Counted from the first letter of the stretch, positions 20,496 through 32,500 are shown. The stretch: DNA of 64,000 nucleotides from an archaeon UBA583 (GCA_002506365.1 DAXK01000045.1:6301-70300), one strand, 5' to 3'. Made by a program: numbers and translations. The notes: generated by a model from the sequence alone, not told the origin.

Positions 20496-22958
20496 TTAAA
20501 CAATTAAAATTAAACCAACTAAAATTAATGAAACTAAACCAAACCAAAAATTACTAGCCTCATCTAAAAAATCATCAAATAATACAATTGCTTTTGACCC
20601 ACCAGCACCTTCAACCTTTTGAGGATCAAGCCCAGTAATAAAAACATCTAAAAATTCATAATCTCCAACACCAGAAATATTATAATTAATTGTAATTGAA
20701 TTCTCATCAGTAAAACCTGCTCCAAAATTTAAACTAACATTTTTAACATTAGTTGGAATAATTGCCCATTGATATAACTCTCCATTCAAATTCCCTAAAA
20801 TTGGATTAGAAGACTCATCAGTATTATACCAACCTGAAGTTGATTTCACAATAGAACCATTAAGAACAAAATTAGAAGGAATTAAATCATAAATTGTAAC
20901 AACTGAAGATTTAGGAGTAGATAAACTCCCCTTATTCACAACAACAATATTTACATTATACTTATCCTCTCCAATACTTTTAATAGACTTATTAATATCT
21001 AACCAATACCCTGTAATTAAATTCACACCCCTAACATAAGTTGAAGATAAAGATTCACTACTTTTTGACTTTTGTAACTGAGTTCCATCATCTAATAAAG
21101 TAAAATCCACATCAAACCAAACCATTGGATTCTCAAAACCTGAAAAATTAAAATTCCAATTATTAGAAACCCATGGAGTTGTTAAATCAACAACTGAACT
21201 TAAACTATAATCTTGAACTAAATTAGAATTTGAAATAGAATCATTCTCAATTGTATTAGGATCACTATAAACTCCGCTAACATTTTTTTGAGAAACCCAA
21301 ATTGTAGCCTTATTTAATTCATAAGATAAAGGAGAAGAAGTAAAAAAACTAGAATTAACATTCCAAGTTACATTAGAATTAGTAAAATCAGAATTACTAA
21401 ATCCAACAATTTCCTTTTCCAAACTAATATTAGCATTTGAAATCCCAAAAATATTTTCAACATTAATTCCAGAAAAACTATCTTTTAAAACAAAACTCAA
21501 ACTTGAATTAGAAATATTAAAAATTCCAGAAAACCCTGAACCTGTAGGAAATAAAACATCGTAATTAATCTCAAAATTATCTGATACATTAAAACAATTC
21601 CCATTATTAATATCCCAATCAAAACTATACTCATCTGGTGCAAAAGTTGTAAACCCTGCCCCACTCCCAACAACTGAACCTGAATCAAATTTTACTTTAT
21701 CACCAACATCTCCTGATAAACTAAAACTTCCATAATCTACAGAAACATTATACAAACACCCATCCTGACCTAAATTATTTTCAAAAACATTTGAAATTTT
21801 ATCATTAATATTAATAGAAGTCCCACTCATAACTCTACTATTTGAAGTTGAAGTATTAAATAAAATTGGAAACTTCTTAACAGGATAAATCTCATAACTA
21901 AACTCAGAACTATCTCCAAAATCTAACTCTGGAACAAACAAAGTTACACTTGAATCTGTTCTATTTGTAACATATCCAGTATTTCCTAAACTATTATGTG
22001 GGGTTGAAATAAATTTAGAAGAATTAATAATTACCTCAACATCATAAACTGGTTCACTAGCATGAACATTAGAAATTGTAATTTTTCCTAAATAATCATT
22101 TTCATTTTTTGAATAAATTCTTCTAATTTCCTCTAAACTTAAAGATTTATTATAAATTCTAACTTCATCAATTAACCCATCAAACTCATAATTTTCATCA
22201 TCATCTTTATAACCTCCTATAAATAAATTATATGGTTTTGGAGTATAACTAATATCTCCACTAGTCACATAAGAATCAATCATTTCTCCATCAACATAAA
22301 ACTTAACAATTGAACCATCATAAGTTCCAACAATATGATACCATTGCCCTGTATTTAAAGTATTAGTGCTAGGTTGAGCCCAAGTATTTCCTGGCATTGT
22401 ATCTGTCTTTAAATACATACCAATATAATTTGAACCTCCAACATTACCAAGTGAAAATCCTGACTCACTCCCTCCAGTATCCCAAACCAAACTAACTGCT
22501 CCAGCCCACGCAACAAAATTATTAATATTTATCCAAGCAGATACAGTAATATCTTGTTTAATCTCCAGCCCAGTTGAATTTAAAACTTCCAAATAATCAG
22601 TTACACCATCAAACACATAACAGCCTGAATTTTCATAACACCCCAAACTATTCCAAATAATACCTGTAGATTCATTAAACACATAATTATTAGAAGAATA
22701 ATCATCTTTATTAGAAATATTATTATAATTAAAAGGAAAATACAAAACTAAATTTTCACTATTATAACTATCTGCAAAATTAGAATGTGAAGTTTTAGCA
22801 TTAGAATAATAATCAAAATAATTAGAACTAGAAACCTTCTCATCAAAATCAACTCTAATTGTCTCAGTTGTCGCAGAAAATCCAAAATAAATAAAATTTA
22901 AACTAAAAAATAAAATAAAAATTAAACTTTTAATTTTTTTATTTTTATTTTTTATCAT
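20496..22958 (-). CDS. Large surface protein with an N-terminal signal peptide, a LamG domain and a C-terminal TM anchor
   Basis: Signal peptide KKIKSLIFILFFSLNFIYFGFSA. LamG_3 motif DGLIDEVRIYNKSLSLEEIRRIY. The C-terminus ..FWFGLVSLILVGLILIV is hydrophobic. S/N/T-rich. Confidence 0.6.
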   Translation of the reverse strand: MIKNKNKKIKSLIFILFFSLNFIYFGFSATTETIRVDFDEKVSSSNYFDYYSNAKTSHSNFADSYNSENLVLYFPFNYNNISNKDDYSSNNYVFNESTGIIWNSLGCYENSGCYVFDGVTDYLEVLNSTGLEIKQDITVSAWININNFVAWAGAVSLVWDTGGSESGFSLGNVGGSNYIGMYLKTDTMPGNTWAQPSTNTLNTGQWYHIVGTYDGSIVKFYVDGEMIDSYVTSGDISYTPKPYNLFIGGYKDDDENYEFDGLIDEVRIYNKSLSLEEIRRIYSKNENDYLGKITISNVHASEPVYDVEVIINSSKFISTPHNSLGNTGYVTNRTDSSVTLFVPELDFGDSSEFSYEIYPVKKFPILFNTSTSNSRVMSGTSININDKISNVFENNLGQDGCLYNVSVDYGSFSLSGDVGDKVKFDSGSVVGSGAGFTTFAPDEYSFDWDINNGNCFNVSDNFEINYDVLFPTGSGFSGIFNISNSSLSFVLKDSFSGINVENIFGISNANISLEKEIVGFSNSDFTNSNVTWNVNSSFFTSSPLSYELNKATIWVSQKNVSGVYSDPNTIENDSISNSNLVQDYSLSSVVDLTTPWVSNNWNFNFSGFENPMVWFDVDFTLLDDGTQLQKSKSSESLSSTYVRGVNLITGYWLDINKSIKSIGEDKYNVNIVVVNKGSLSTPKSSVVTIYDLIPSNFVLNGSIVKSTSGWYNTDESSNPILGNLNGELYQWAIIPTNVKNVSLNFGAGFTDENSITINYNISGVGDYEFLDVFITGLDPQKVEGAGGSKAIVLFDDFLDEASNFWFGLVSLILVGLILIV

Positions 22959-22992
22959 TTTAATAAATATCCCACCTTTAAACTATATAAAC

Positions 22993-23445
22993 TTAATCCC
23001 AAATTTTACCAAATCCAATATCAAACTTAGCAAAACTAAACTCAATAACATTATACACATAAATTAATCCAAACAAAACAAAAACTTTAGGATTTTCAAA
23101 CAATAAATATCCAAAATAAAAAATTAATATTGTAAAAAAATTATAAAATAACATTCTATGTTGCTTCCAACACCTAGTATTAAACCAAACTAAAAATAAA
23201 AAATAAATAACAAAACATAAATTAACTCCTAAAACAAAAATCCCAAAATTTACTTGTTTATATATTTCATAACTTAAAATTAAACTACTACTAAAAATCA
23301 TAATAATTAAAACGTATAATAAACTCTTAAACCTATAATACATTTTATTATGTGAATCTTTTCTTTTTTTAGAAATTTTAAACCCAACACCTAAACTCAA
23401 TATATACAACACAAAAATTAAAAACAATGTAATATTAAAACTCAT
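22993..23445 (-). CDS. 4-TM membrane protein (150 aa), probably co-transcribed with the 820-aa surface protein
   Basis: ORF with four hydrophobic helices; no recognisable motif. Confidence 0.4.
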   Translation of the reverse strand: MSFNITLFLIFVLYILSLGVGFKISKKRKDSHNKMYYRFKSLLYVLIIMIFSSSLILSYEIYKQVNFGIFVLGVNLCFVIYFLFLVWFNTRCWKQHRMLFYNFFTILIFYFGYLLFENPKVFVLFGLIYVYNVIEFSFAKFDIGFGKIWD

Positions 23446-23579
23446 AATTTAAAATACCAATTTTACAATATAAATAATTATTATAACTATTAAATAATAC
23501 CTAAATAAAAAATCACAATTCAAATTTAACTTTTAAATAAAAACAAATTATTATAAATAACCAAATTCAAATCTAAACT

Positions 23580-23912
23580 ATGAATTTAATTAAAAATTTA
23601 AAAAAGAGAGGTCAAGCTTTACCATTAAATACAATTGTAATCGCAATTTTAGTAATAATTGTATTATTAGTAATTATTGTATTTTTCACAACAGAAGTAG
23701 GTAAAACTGGTGATCAATTATCTGAAAACTCAGCATCTAGTTGTTCAATTTCAAATCCAGCACTAGCAACACTAGGTTACACAGGATTTATCTCAAAAGA
23801 TAAATTTGATCAAACTCCTGGAGATTATAAAAAAGCTGTTGGAGTTTCAGACTGTTATGTAAGTAAAACTCAAACTGATACTTGGACTGCTTCAGCTCCA
23901 ACTACAAATTAA
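23580..23912 (+). CDS. Type IV pilin-like protein (class III signal, KRGQ|A cleavage-type site)
   Basis: NLKKRGQALPLNTIVIAILVIIVLLVIIVFFTT has a basic leader, a G-Q-A cleavage-type site and a hydrophobic helix. Confidence 0.6.
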   Translation: MNLIKNLKKRGQALPLNTIVIAILVIIVLLVIIVFFTTEVGKTGDQLSENSASSCSISNPALATLGYTGFISKDKFDQTPGDYKKAVGVSDCYVSKTQTDTWTASAPTTN

Positions 23913-24036
23913 TTAATTAAAACTAATTAATTTTTTATAATTAAAACTAATTTTTCACACTATCAAATTTTAAACTTATTTTTTACTTCTAAAACTAAAA
24001 CTTAAACTTTAAAAACTAAAATAAATAAATCTCAAT

Positions 24037-24342
24037 ATGAAATTACTAACAAATTTTAGAAAAAACGCTCAAGCATTACCATTAAACACAATTGTAATTG
24101 CTATTTTAGTAATCATTGTATTATTAGTAATCATTGTATTCTTTACAACAGAAGTAGGAAAAACTGGAGAACAACTTTCAGAAAACTCAGCATCAAGTTG
24201 CTCACTATCAAATCCAGCACTAGCAACATTATATGACTCAATTCAACCTGTAGCTGAAGGTCAAACATGTGAAGATGCTGGTTGGGTCGACCACAAACTA
24301 GCTGGAATTGTTCCTGATTGTTGTGTAAAAAAACAAAATTAA
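24037..24342 (+). CDS. Type IV pilin-like protein, tandem paralogue of 23580..23912
   Basis: The first roughly 60 aa are nearly identical to the preceding gene (about 90% nt identity over about 180 nt). The C-terminal roughly 40 aa are unrelated. Confidence 0.6.
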   Translation: MKLLTNFRKNAQALPLNTIVIAILVIIVLLVIIVFFTTEVGKTGEQLSENSASSCSLSNPALATLYDSIQPVAEGQTCEDAGWVDHKLAGIVPDCCVKKQN

Positions 24343-24405
24343 ATAATTAAAATAATAATTAAATTATTTTTTTTAATAAAAAATAAAATTAAATAAAAAC
24401 TAATT

Positions 24406-25053
24406 CTAATGTAAAATAATTTTAGGTTTATTCATATCCTCAATAATTTGAGCACTTCTCTCATCTGGTGAAACAACTTCAGACTTATAATCTCCACATG
24501 GTTTTAATTCATTTTTAGAAGGTAAATAATCTGTTGAAATTTTTTCCAATATATACTCTTGAGCCATCATAAAATCAGAACTATCATACCTTGGTTCATT
24601 ATTAATTAAAAATTGCTCCAACTGACCACAACTTTCTAAAAAAGGTTTAAAATTAGAATTTAATTTTAAATTTAATAATTCCAAACTATTAGCATAAATA
24701 ATTGCTTGACTTGAAAATCCATAAGACTTCAAATCTTGATACATAACCAAAGATCCATCATTTTGTAATTGATTATAATAATTAATATCTAATAAAAAAT
24801 CCAAACTATCATGTAAAAAATCAGAAATATCTTCATCTTCAACATTTTTAACTAAAGTATAAACCTTTTTATTTAATTCAAAAAAAGTATACATTGGTTC
24901 AACCCCTCCCAAAGAAGATTTATAATTTTGTAAACTAATCTGAGCGTTAGAACCTAATTCTTTTTGAAAAACTTTCTCAACCTCACTAAAAATAGAATCA
25001 ACTTCTAAAGTATCTAAAATTTCTGGATATTCATTTTCATTATCACTTACCAT
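24406..25053 (-). CDS. Hypothetical acidic protein (215 aa)
   Basis: ORF only. Confidence 0.4.
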   Translation of the reverse strand: MVSDNENEYPEILDTLEVDSIFSEVEKVFQKELGSNAQISLQNYKSSLGGVEPMYTFFELNKKVYTLVKNVEDEDISDFLHDSLDFLLDINYYNQLQNDGSLVMYQDLKSYGFSSQAIIYANSLELLNLKLNSNFKPFLESCGQLEQFLINNEPRYDSSDFMMAQEYILEKISTDYLPSKNELKPCGDYKSEVVSPDERSAQIIEDMNKPKIILH

Positions 25054-25111
25054 TATAACTACTTATAAATTACATCATTTAAAAAGTTTTTGAAAATAAA
25101 ATAAAAATAAT

Positions 25112-26122
25112 TTAGAAAAACGCATCTAGCGTTTTAACATTCTTAATCCCATTCAAACTTCTATCAATCATCATAAGTTCAAAATCGTGTGCTTGTAAAA
25201 TTTCTCGAATACTATCCTTATTAATAGTTTTAAACTCAACTTCAACATTCTCCGTTTTCATTTGTTTAAAAACATTAAAAACCTCAACCCAAGTATGTGA
25301 AAATGTATCATGCCATTTTAAATTTGTAAAAATTTCATCCCACCTATCCTTATACTCTCGAACTAACTTTAAAGCTTTCTTAGGTCCAATTCCCTTAATT
25401 CCGCCAGGATTAAAATCAGTCCCACACAAAATTGCAACAATAATTAATTCATCTAAACTAATCTGTAACTTATCTAAAACTTTATCTAACTCATAAAACT
25501 CAATTGGCACATCTCTATAAACAGAACTCCCTGGAACCTTTCTTTTATTTGAAACAGACAAATTTCTAATTAAATACTTTGTTCCAAACAATAAACTATC
25601 AAAATCTTGAGAACACGCTGCAAAAACTTTTCCCTCATTACATAATCTTCCTGCTTGAGCTTCTCCCTCTGAAGGTGCTTGAACTACAGGAAACCCAAAA
25701 GCCTCAATTAAAGCAATAGAATCTTTAACCATCTCAGGAGTTAACCTATTTAAAGCTTGAGCATGCTTTTTAGCCTCAACTAAATCATCATTATCAATAG
25801 CTGCTTGATACTTTAACTTTGCATCTTCCTTTTTCTTTTGCCGAATTTCTCTCTCAGCTTCCTTTAACTTAGGCGCCTCACCATCAAAAACAAAAACAGC
25901 TTTAATATTATTTTTCTTAAAATAAACACACCTATTAAATAACCCTTTCAAATGAGAAGTAACATTTCCCTTTGAATCTGTAAGTGATGTTCCATCCGCT
26001 TGTCTAATTGAAGCTAAAAACTGATAAATCATATTAAAACTATCAATAGCAATTTTCTTATTTGAAATTGAACTTAACTCAATTTGCTCATACTCTAAAA
26101 TATCTTTTAACGCAACTCCCAT
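25112..26122 (-). CDS. fen: Flap endonuclease 1
   Basis: MGVALKDIL.. N-terminus. XPG-N/XPG-I architecture with conserved acidic residues (..VFVFDGEAPKLK.., ..GFPVVQAPSEGEAQ..). Length 336 aa. Confidence 0.9.
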   Translation of the reverse strand: MGVALKDILEYEQIELSSISNKKIAIDSFNMIYQFLASIRQADGTSLTDSKGNVTSHLKGLFNRCVYFKKNNIKAVFVFDGEAPKLKEAEREIRQKKKEDAKLKYQAAIDNDDLVEAKKHAQALNRLTPEMVKDSIALIEAFGFPVVQAPSEGEAQAGRLCNEGKVFAACSQDFDSLLFGTKYLIRNLSVSNKRKVPGSSVYRDVPIEFYELDKVLDKLQISLDELIIVAILCGTDFNPGGIKGIGPKKALKLVREYKDRWDEIFTNLKWHDTFSHTWVEVFNVFKQMKTENVEVEFKTINKDSIREILQAHDFELMMIDRSLNGIKNVKTLDAFF

Positions 26123-26187
26123 AAATCTAATAAAAAAATAAGATTTAGAACTTATAAACTTTGTGAAATTTATAAATAAAATCCACT

Positions 26188-26676
26188 CTATTTAATAAAT
26201 TCATTAACACTAACAATAGTTTTAATAGAATTTAAATAAAAAATATAACTAGTAGCAACACCTTGAAACTTAGAAATTTGACTCTTTGTCATATAAACTT
26301 CAGGTTTATCAATTAAATTTATAGTATCCTTATAAGAATTAATAATTGTATTCAAATCCGCAATCACAAGACTTGAATGATCCTCTAAACCATTATATCT
26401 TAAATTCATTGAATCTATTGCGCAAATAGTTAATTCACGAATACTATCATTCTCAATACTTGAAACATTATCTAACACTCTCTGATAATTTTCAGATAAC
26501 TCCATAGCATTATCAAAATAAAAATCACTCATATTCCTTGAAAGTTCCTTTAAACTTTTAATAATATTATACTCATTCCCACTTGTATTTTTTAACTGAG
26601 CTGAATAATTTCCAAACAAATTCAATATATTCTCAAGCCCATTCACATTTTGTGTATAGGTATCCATCACTAACAT
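26188..26676 (-). CDS. Hypothetical protein (162 aa)
   Basis: ORF only. Confidence 0.35.
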   Translation of the reverse strand: MLVMDTYTQNVNGLENILNLFGNYSAQLKNTSGNEYNIIKSLKELSRNMSDFYFDNAMELSENYQRVLDNVSSIENDSIRELTICAIDSMNLRYNGLEDHSSLVIADLNTIINSYKDTINLIDKPEVYMTKSQISKFQGVATSYIFYLNSIKTIVSVNEFIK

Positions 26677-26901
26677 ATAGAATTCTAACTACTTAAATTT
26701 AAGGTTTAAAATTCACACTTTTTATTTTCAAAAATAAACTAATTTAACAACTTATTTTCAAATTTTAATCAAATATAAGAAAAATTAATAAATTCAAAAA
26801 GCCAATATGAATACCATACAAGGCAGTTTAAAATTTTAACTTGTGATTTGTTGTCACTCAAAATAAAAAACTTTATAAACAACAAATACTAGAATAAATC
26901 T

Positions 26902-27525
26902 ATGGAAGAATTCAAAGAATCTACAAGACGCGCATTTAAACAATGTCGAGGCGACATAGATTCTTTGAAAATTGAAAATCAACTACTAAAAGAAAAATTA
27001 GATTCTCTTAGTTCAACAAATTCTAATTTACAAAATACAATTACAGATTTAAATGCTGAAATGAAAGGAATTAAAATTGCCTTAGACTATATTAAATCTT
27101 TTAACGAGAACTCAAATTCACAACTTCAAAACCAACAAAATACTCAACCTCACCAAACTCCAACCCAAATTCCTCAACAAGTAATTCAACAACAACCAGC
27201 TCAACAAAACTACCAAAGTATTCCTGATGCTCACATCCCGCAACCTCCAGCAGACCCATACGAAGCATTACTAGCATTTAAAGCTAAATCAAATAAAAGA
27301 GAAGTTTTAAAACAAAAATTAGTAAGTATGATTGGAGATAATGGAATGAATTTATCAGAACTAAAATTTATGTTTGTTGACCATCAAAGATTTGTATCAA
27401 AAGCAACTTTTTATAATTACTTAAAAGAATTAGAAGCAAACGGAACAATCACTCAAGAAAGAGTAAACGGTAAAGCTCATGTATTTGTATCACAAATGCT
27501 CACAGATGAATTAAATAGTAGATAA
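26902..27525 (+). CDS. Coiled-coil, Q/P-rich linker and C-terminal winged-helix-like protein (possible regulator)
   Basis: N-terminal heptad-like region. Low-complexity QQNTQPHQTPTQIPQQ. C-terminal ..NLSELKFMFVDHQRFVSKATFYNYLKELEANGTI.. is wHTH-like. Its stop abuts the start of the next ORF. Confidence 0.4.
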   Translation: MEEFKESTRRAFKQCRGDIDSLKIENQLLKEKLDSLSSTNSNLQNTITDLNAEMKGIKIALDYIKSFNENSNSQLQNQQNTQPHQTPTQIPQQVIQQQPAQQNYQSIPDAHIPQPPADPYEALLAFKAKSNKREVLKQKLVSMIGDNGMNLSELKFMFVDHQRFVSKATFYNYLKELEANGTITQERVNGKAHVFVSQMLTDELNSR

Positions 27526-28191
27526 ATGAACAAAGAAGACGATTTTAAAACAACTGAAAACAATAATAATCAAACAGAAGATAATAATATTTCTAAAAAT
27601 AATAAATTAGGTATTTTACTTAAATTTGGAGCAATTTCTGCAGTTCCACCATTATTAGGACATTATATAAGAAAAAAAAATGGTGATATTAATAATTGGC
27701 TAGTAGGATTAGGAGTAATCACATCACTTACTGGTTCAATATATCAAAACCAAGAATTATTTCAAACACAAGAAGATTCATACTTAACAAAAATTGAATA
27801 TCCAACCAAAAATTCAGGATTAGAACAATACTTAATATCAAGAAATGAAACAGAACTTGAAATATTTCAAAAAAACAACCCAACAATAACTCAACACAAA
27901 ACACAATCATTTGGAGAATTTTCATACAGCATAGGACACACACTAACAAATTTAATAACTCCAATCCCACTATCAAAACTAGTAAACAAAATTCAAGGTA
28001 ACTCACCAACTAACATTCATGAATTTGTTGGAAACTTTTCATACGATGTAATTAATTCAAATTATTCAGTAAATAAAAAAAGAAAAGGAATTGGTAACTG
28101 TAATTATGTAATAAATGGAGATAAAATAACATTTAATAATTCACCAAAAGAAAAAATAAACTGCAAACAAGCATACAATAAATTAAAATAA
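27526..28191 (+). CDS. Hypothetical protein with one TM segment, translationally coupled to 26902..27525
   Basis: ATG immediately follows the upstream TAA. Hydrophobic segment LGILLKFGAISAVPPLLG. Confidence 0.35.
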   Translation: MNKEDDFKTTENNNNQTEDNNISKNNKLGILLKFGAISAVPPLLGHYIRKKNGDINNWLVGLGVITSLTGSIYQNQELFQTQEDSYLTKIEYPTKNSGLEQYLISRNETELEIFQKNNPTITQHKTQSFGEFSYSIGHTLTNLITPIPLSKLVNKIQGNSPTNIHEFVGNFSYDVINSNYSVNKKRKGIGNCNYVINGDKITFNNSPKEKINCKQAYNKLK

Positions 28192-28269
28192 TAATTTTCT
28201 ATCTAAACTTAAATAAAAAATAACAAAAATAACAATATAAAAAAATAAATAATTAAACTAATTATTTAT

Positions 28270-28827
28270 CTATTTATTAGAAACTAACTTTAATTGATTC
28301 TCTAACTTTTTATCAGACATATTCGGATCCCAAGCCCCAACCATTGATTTTTCAATTTGTAAAACTGGTTGCCCTAAAATTTGTTTATATTGATTAATTA
28401 AATCAAAAGCCTTCTCACTTGGAACTTGTCTATATGGTCTTTTCATATATTCAAACTTTTCATAATGCTCATCATCATAACTTCCAATAACATCATAATC
28501 AATTAAACCTAATCTAAATTTTTGATTATTTGATTTTTCCCCACAAGTTAACCAACTAGTATTTGTAGGCTTATTCACATAAATATCAGAAATCTCTTTA
28601 ATAATAGGTTTTAACTCTCTAACAACTCTATAAATATTATCTGAATTCTTCCCAAACTCTAATTCATTTGGAATTAAAACAGGAGCTAAAATTTTCCAAT
28701 TTTCAGGTTCCATTACATACTGAGCTAAAAATAAATCAGCAGAATTCTTTTTAACATATTCAATATATCCGCTATGACTACTTCTCTCTAAAAACTCTTC
28801 TAACATAATACTCCAAAGTAGTAACAA
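28270..28827 (-). CDS. Hypothetical protein (185 aa)
   Basis: ORF only. Confidence 0.35.
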   Translation of the reverse strand: MLLLWSIMLEEFLERSSHSGYIEYVKKNSADLFLAQYVMEPENWKILAPVLIPNELEFGKNSDNIYRVVRELKPIIKEISDIYVNKPTNTSWLTCGEKSNNQKFRLGLIDYDVIGSYDDEHYEKFEYMKRPYRQVPSEKAFDLINQYKQILGQPVLQIEKSMVGAWDPNMSDKKLENQLKLVSNK

Positions 28828-28851
28828 TTTATAAACACATAGTATAAAAAA

Positions 28852-29523
28852 TTAAAGCTTAACTTCACTCAATACTCTACTCTCAAAATTAAACTCAAAT
28901 ACTTTAAAAGTTTCAGCTAAATTAATAACTTTAGTTTTATTCACAATCTCCTCTAAACCTGAAGTTTCATGAATATGACCAACAAAACACACATCTGGAC
29001 AAAACTCATCACTTTGTAAAAATTGACTTAACGGTTCAGACCCAGTAACAAAATGATAAGGACTTGCATCACCAAGCATTGTATCACAAGCAGGAATATG
29101 ATTCATTTGAATTTTAAATCTACAATTTGAAACCAAACTAAAATTATCCACCATATTATCAAAAACATCCTCCTCAAACCTCCCATTTTGCCCAATTTCC
29201 ATATAATTAGTTCCAAAAATAGCTAGTTCATTATCTCCAAAAATCAAAGGATTATTTCCAATTAACTTCACATTATAAAATTCCTTTAAATTATTAATAC
29301 CATTTCTAGTTTCATGATTACCTGGAATCATAAAAATCTCCTTATTATTATCAATAAACGGTTTCAAAACTTTAGCAAAATCATTTGGAACATTAGACAA
29401 ATCTCCATTAAACAAAATAAAATCGATATCTGAAAAATCTACAGATTTTGAAATTCTATTCACTAACTCTAAATTACTATGTAAATCAGAACAAGCTACA
29501 AATTTAATGGTTTTTTTATTCAT
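28852..29523 (-). CDS. Calcineurin-like metallophosphoesterase
   Basis: Motifs in order: ACSDLHSN (DxH), NGDLSN (GD), GNHE, GHIHE. Confidence 0.7.
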   Translation of the reverse strand: MNKKTIKFVACSDLHSNLELVNRISKSVDFSDIDFILFNGDLSNVPNDFAKVLKPFIDNNKEIFMIPGNHETRNGINNLKEFYNVKLIGNNPLIFGDNELAIFGTNYMEIGQNGRFEEDVFDNMVDNFSLVSNCRFKIQMNHIPACDTMLGDASPYHFVTGSEPLSQFLQSDEFCPDVCFVGHIHETSGLEEIVNKTKVINLAETFKVFEFNFESRVLSEVKL

Positions 29524-29562
29524 AAAATAATAAATAATTTTTAATTTATAAAAATACTTAAT

Positions 29563-32500
29563 TTATTTTTCTTTATTTGTTGAAAATTCTTTCTCAATAA
29601 CTTCATCAATCATAGTATAAAATTCTTTCTTATTACAATTATATAACTCATTTTTAATAATAGTTCTAGATTTTCCAATTTTAATTGAATCCGCTACATA
29701 TTTTTTAAAAATTCTATGATTTGCTCTAGACTCCTCACTATTTAAATAATTTTTTCTAACAACAATAATTCTAACAAACACAACAAAAGCTAAAACAAAA
29801 ACTCCAGCTAAAACATAAATCATAACTCTAGAATCCTCCTCAACTACTTCACTCTCATAACTTTCATTTAAAATTTCTTGATTTGTAAGATTTATATCTT
29901 CAACTTTTAAATCCTCGCCCTTTACCTTATCTGTAATTTCATCTGACATTGTTTTAAAATTTTTAATTTTTAAATCATCATTTTCAGTTTTAACTTTTTT
30001 AACAACTTCAATATCATCATTTTCAGTTTCAACTATTTCTACAATCTCTTCAACATCTTCTACATCCTCCTCATTACTTGAAACCATAAAAGAATCAGCT
30101 TCAATAACCGCACTACTTTTAAGTCCTGAAATTTTATAATAACCTGAACTCAAACTACAATAAAAACCAGAATAAAGTTTATTATCACACTTAAAATAAT
30201 ACTCATTACTTCCCAAACAATTCTTTGAAAAAGAACTAATAGAAGAAATTTCAGTATTTTTTACACAAACATAATCCAAATCTAGATTATTCTTCAAATA
30301 AACTGTCTTATCAAGCCCTAAACTTGAAAATCCCTTTAAAATAATACTTGACCTATCAGTAAAATCATATTTAATTTCAATATCAGATAAATCTAACTCC
30401 TCATCTGAAAAATCATAGCCAAACTCAACTAACTTTAAACTTCCATCTAAAATTAAAACATCCTCTTTTCTTGAAAACTTTGAACTTGAACTTATAGAAT
30501 CCCCATCAACTTTATAATTAAATTTATTATCTTCATCCTTAACTAATCCAAATTCATCTTCTGAAGTAGAACTAGAGCTCCCACCTCCCCCACCTCCCCC
30601 TGAACTTCCACTACTTGATGAACTACAACTTTGAACTAAACTCTCACGAGTATAACTAGTTCCACAAGAATTTAAATCTACAGCAACCCTACTTTGAGAA
30701 CTAGAACTACAAGTTCCCCAACTTCCATAACTCCAATCCTCAGTGCACATTTGAGAAACTCCTGAATGACTCAAACCAGAAATTTTAACCGTTGAATTAC
30801 TCAAATCAGTATAACTAACATTATAACCATTCACAACTTTAGGAATAACATCAACAAAAGTTTCATTATCCCCATCACACAAATCAGAAATTTCATCTAA
30901 ACTTCCAACCTCTAAATCCTTCAAACACAAACTATGTGCCTTAGAAATATTTCCATATAAATCTAAATAAATTGTCTTAGTATTTCCACTCTCTAACTCT
31001 AACCCACTAACAAAAAATTTACTCTTATTACTCTTAACTTCACTTTTAATAATTACCTTTGTAAAATCAATACTTAAATTAGAAAAATTATAAGAAAACT
31101 CAACTAACTTATCAGAATTATTACTAAAACTTACATTTAAAACTTCATCAAAAACCTTACTTAAATTACTGGATAAATTAATAGAAATATTCAAATTACT
31201 AAAACTAGAATCAACATTAGACTCATCCCCAACAACATTATCAACTAAATCACTAACTCCATCATTATCAAAATCAGTAGCATTTCCTCCTAAATTCAAA
31301 CTAAAATTCACAAATAACTCATAAATATCGAAAATTCCTAAATCATCAGTAAAATTAAAACTAATAACTTGACTTGTATAATTAAAAATTGTTAAATTTG
31401 TAACTAACTTATTATTAACAACTAAATCAGTAATATCAATTTTTTTTGATCCAACATTATAAATTAAACTTGAAACATTTTTATTAAAACTTGCATTAAT
31501 AAAAAAATTTAATTTAGAAACATTTACAACTGTATTATTTAAAGGACTATAAATAACTAATTTAGGTAATAAATTAAAAGTAAAATTAATCACTTTACTT
31601 GATTTAATTCCATAAATATCTGTCACATTAAATAAAATACTTTGATTAACAACATCAGTTAAATTTAAACTAATATTTAACCAATTATCACTCAAACTAC
31701 TTGATAAATCTACATAATTTGTTCCATTAAAATAAAATACTTCTGAAATATTTTTACTAAAATTTAAACTAAAATTATACCATAAATCATAATTAGTTAC
31801 AACTGAATCAAAAACAGGACTAACAAAATTAATTCTAGGCTCATTAACTGTAAAATAAACTTTATCAGAACTAAAGATTTTACCATTAATTGAATCATTC
31901 ATAAATACAATAGCTGAATAATTTCCAAATGTTGAAAAGTCATAACTATAATTAAAATAAGTTAAATTCACTTTATTCATAGAATAATTTGTAATACCAT
32001 TATCAAAACTAATCCAGGCACTATCAGAATTATTACTTGAACTTACATTAAAACCTACTATTGGATTATCTAAATTACTCAAATTAATTGGATTGTCTAA
32101 ATTAATACTAACATCTTCAAATAAAGAATTAGTGGAAATCACATATGAGAATGGTTGGGGACCATTTGGCACATTACTTCCCTTAATTTTTAAACTATAA
32201 TTCCCACTATCTGATAACTTAATTCTAATTCCCTCAACATTATTTAATAAATCAACTGAATCATTAAACGGATAACTAAAATCATTTCCAAAATACTCAG
32301 TCCCATCTGGAGAAATTAAAACTAAATCTAAATTATTAACTAATTTATTTCCAGCCCCAACTGAACTAGGATAATCAGTCCAAACCAAAGAAACTCGAAA
32401 TTCTAAACTAGATTTATTAATTGTAAAGTTATATTCATATTCTTGAGAAGTTGAAAGCCCCGAACTAATTTCAAATAATTCTAAACTATTTTTATTATCC

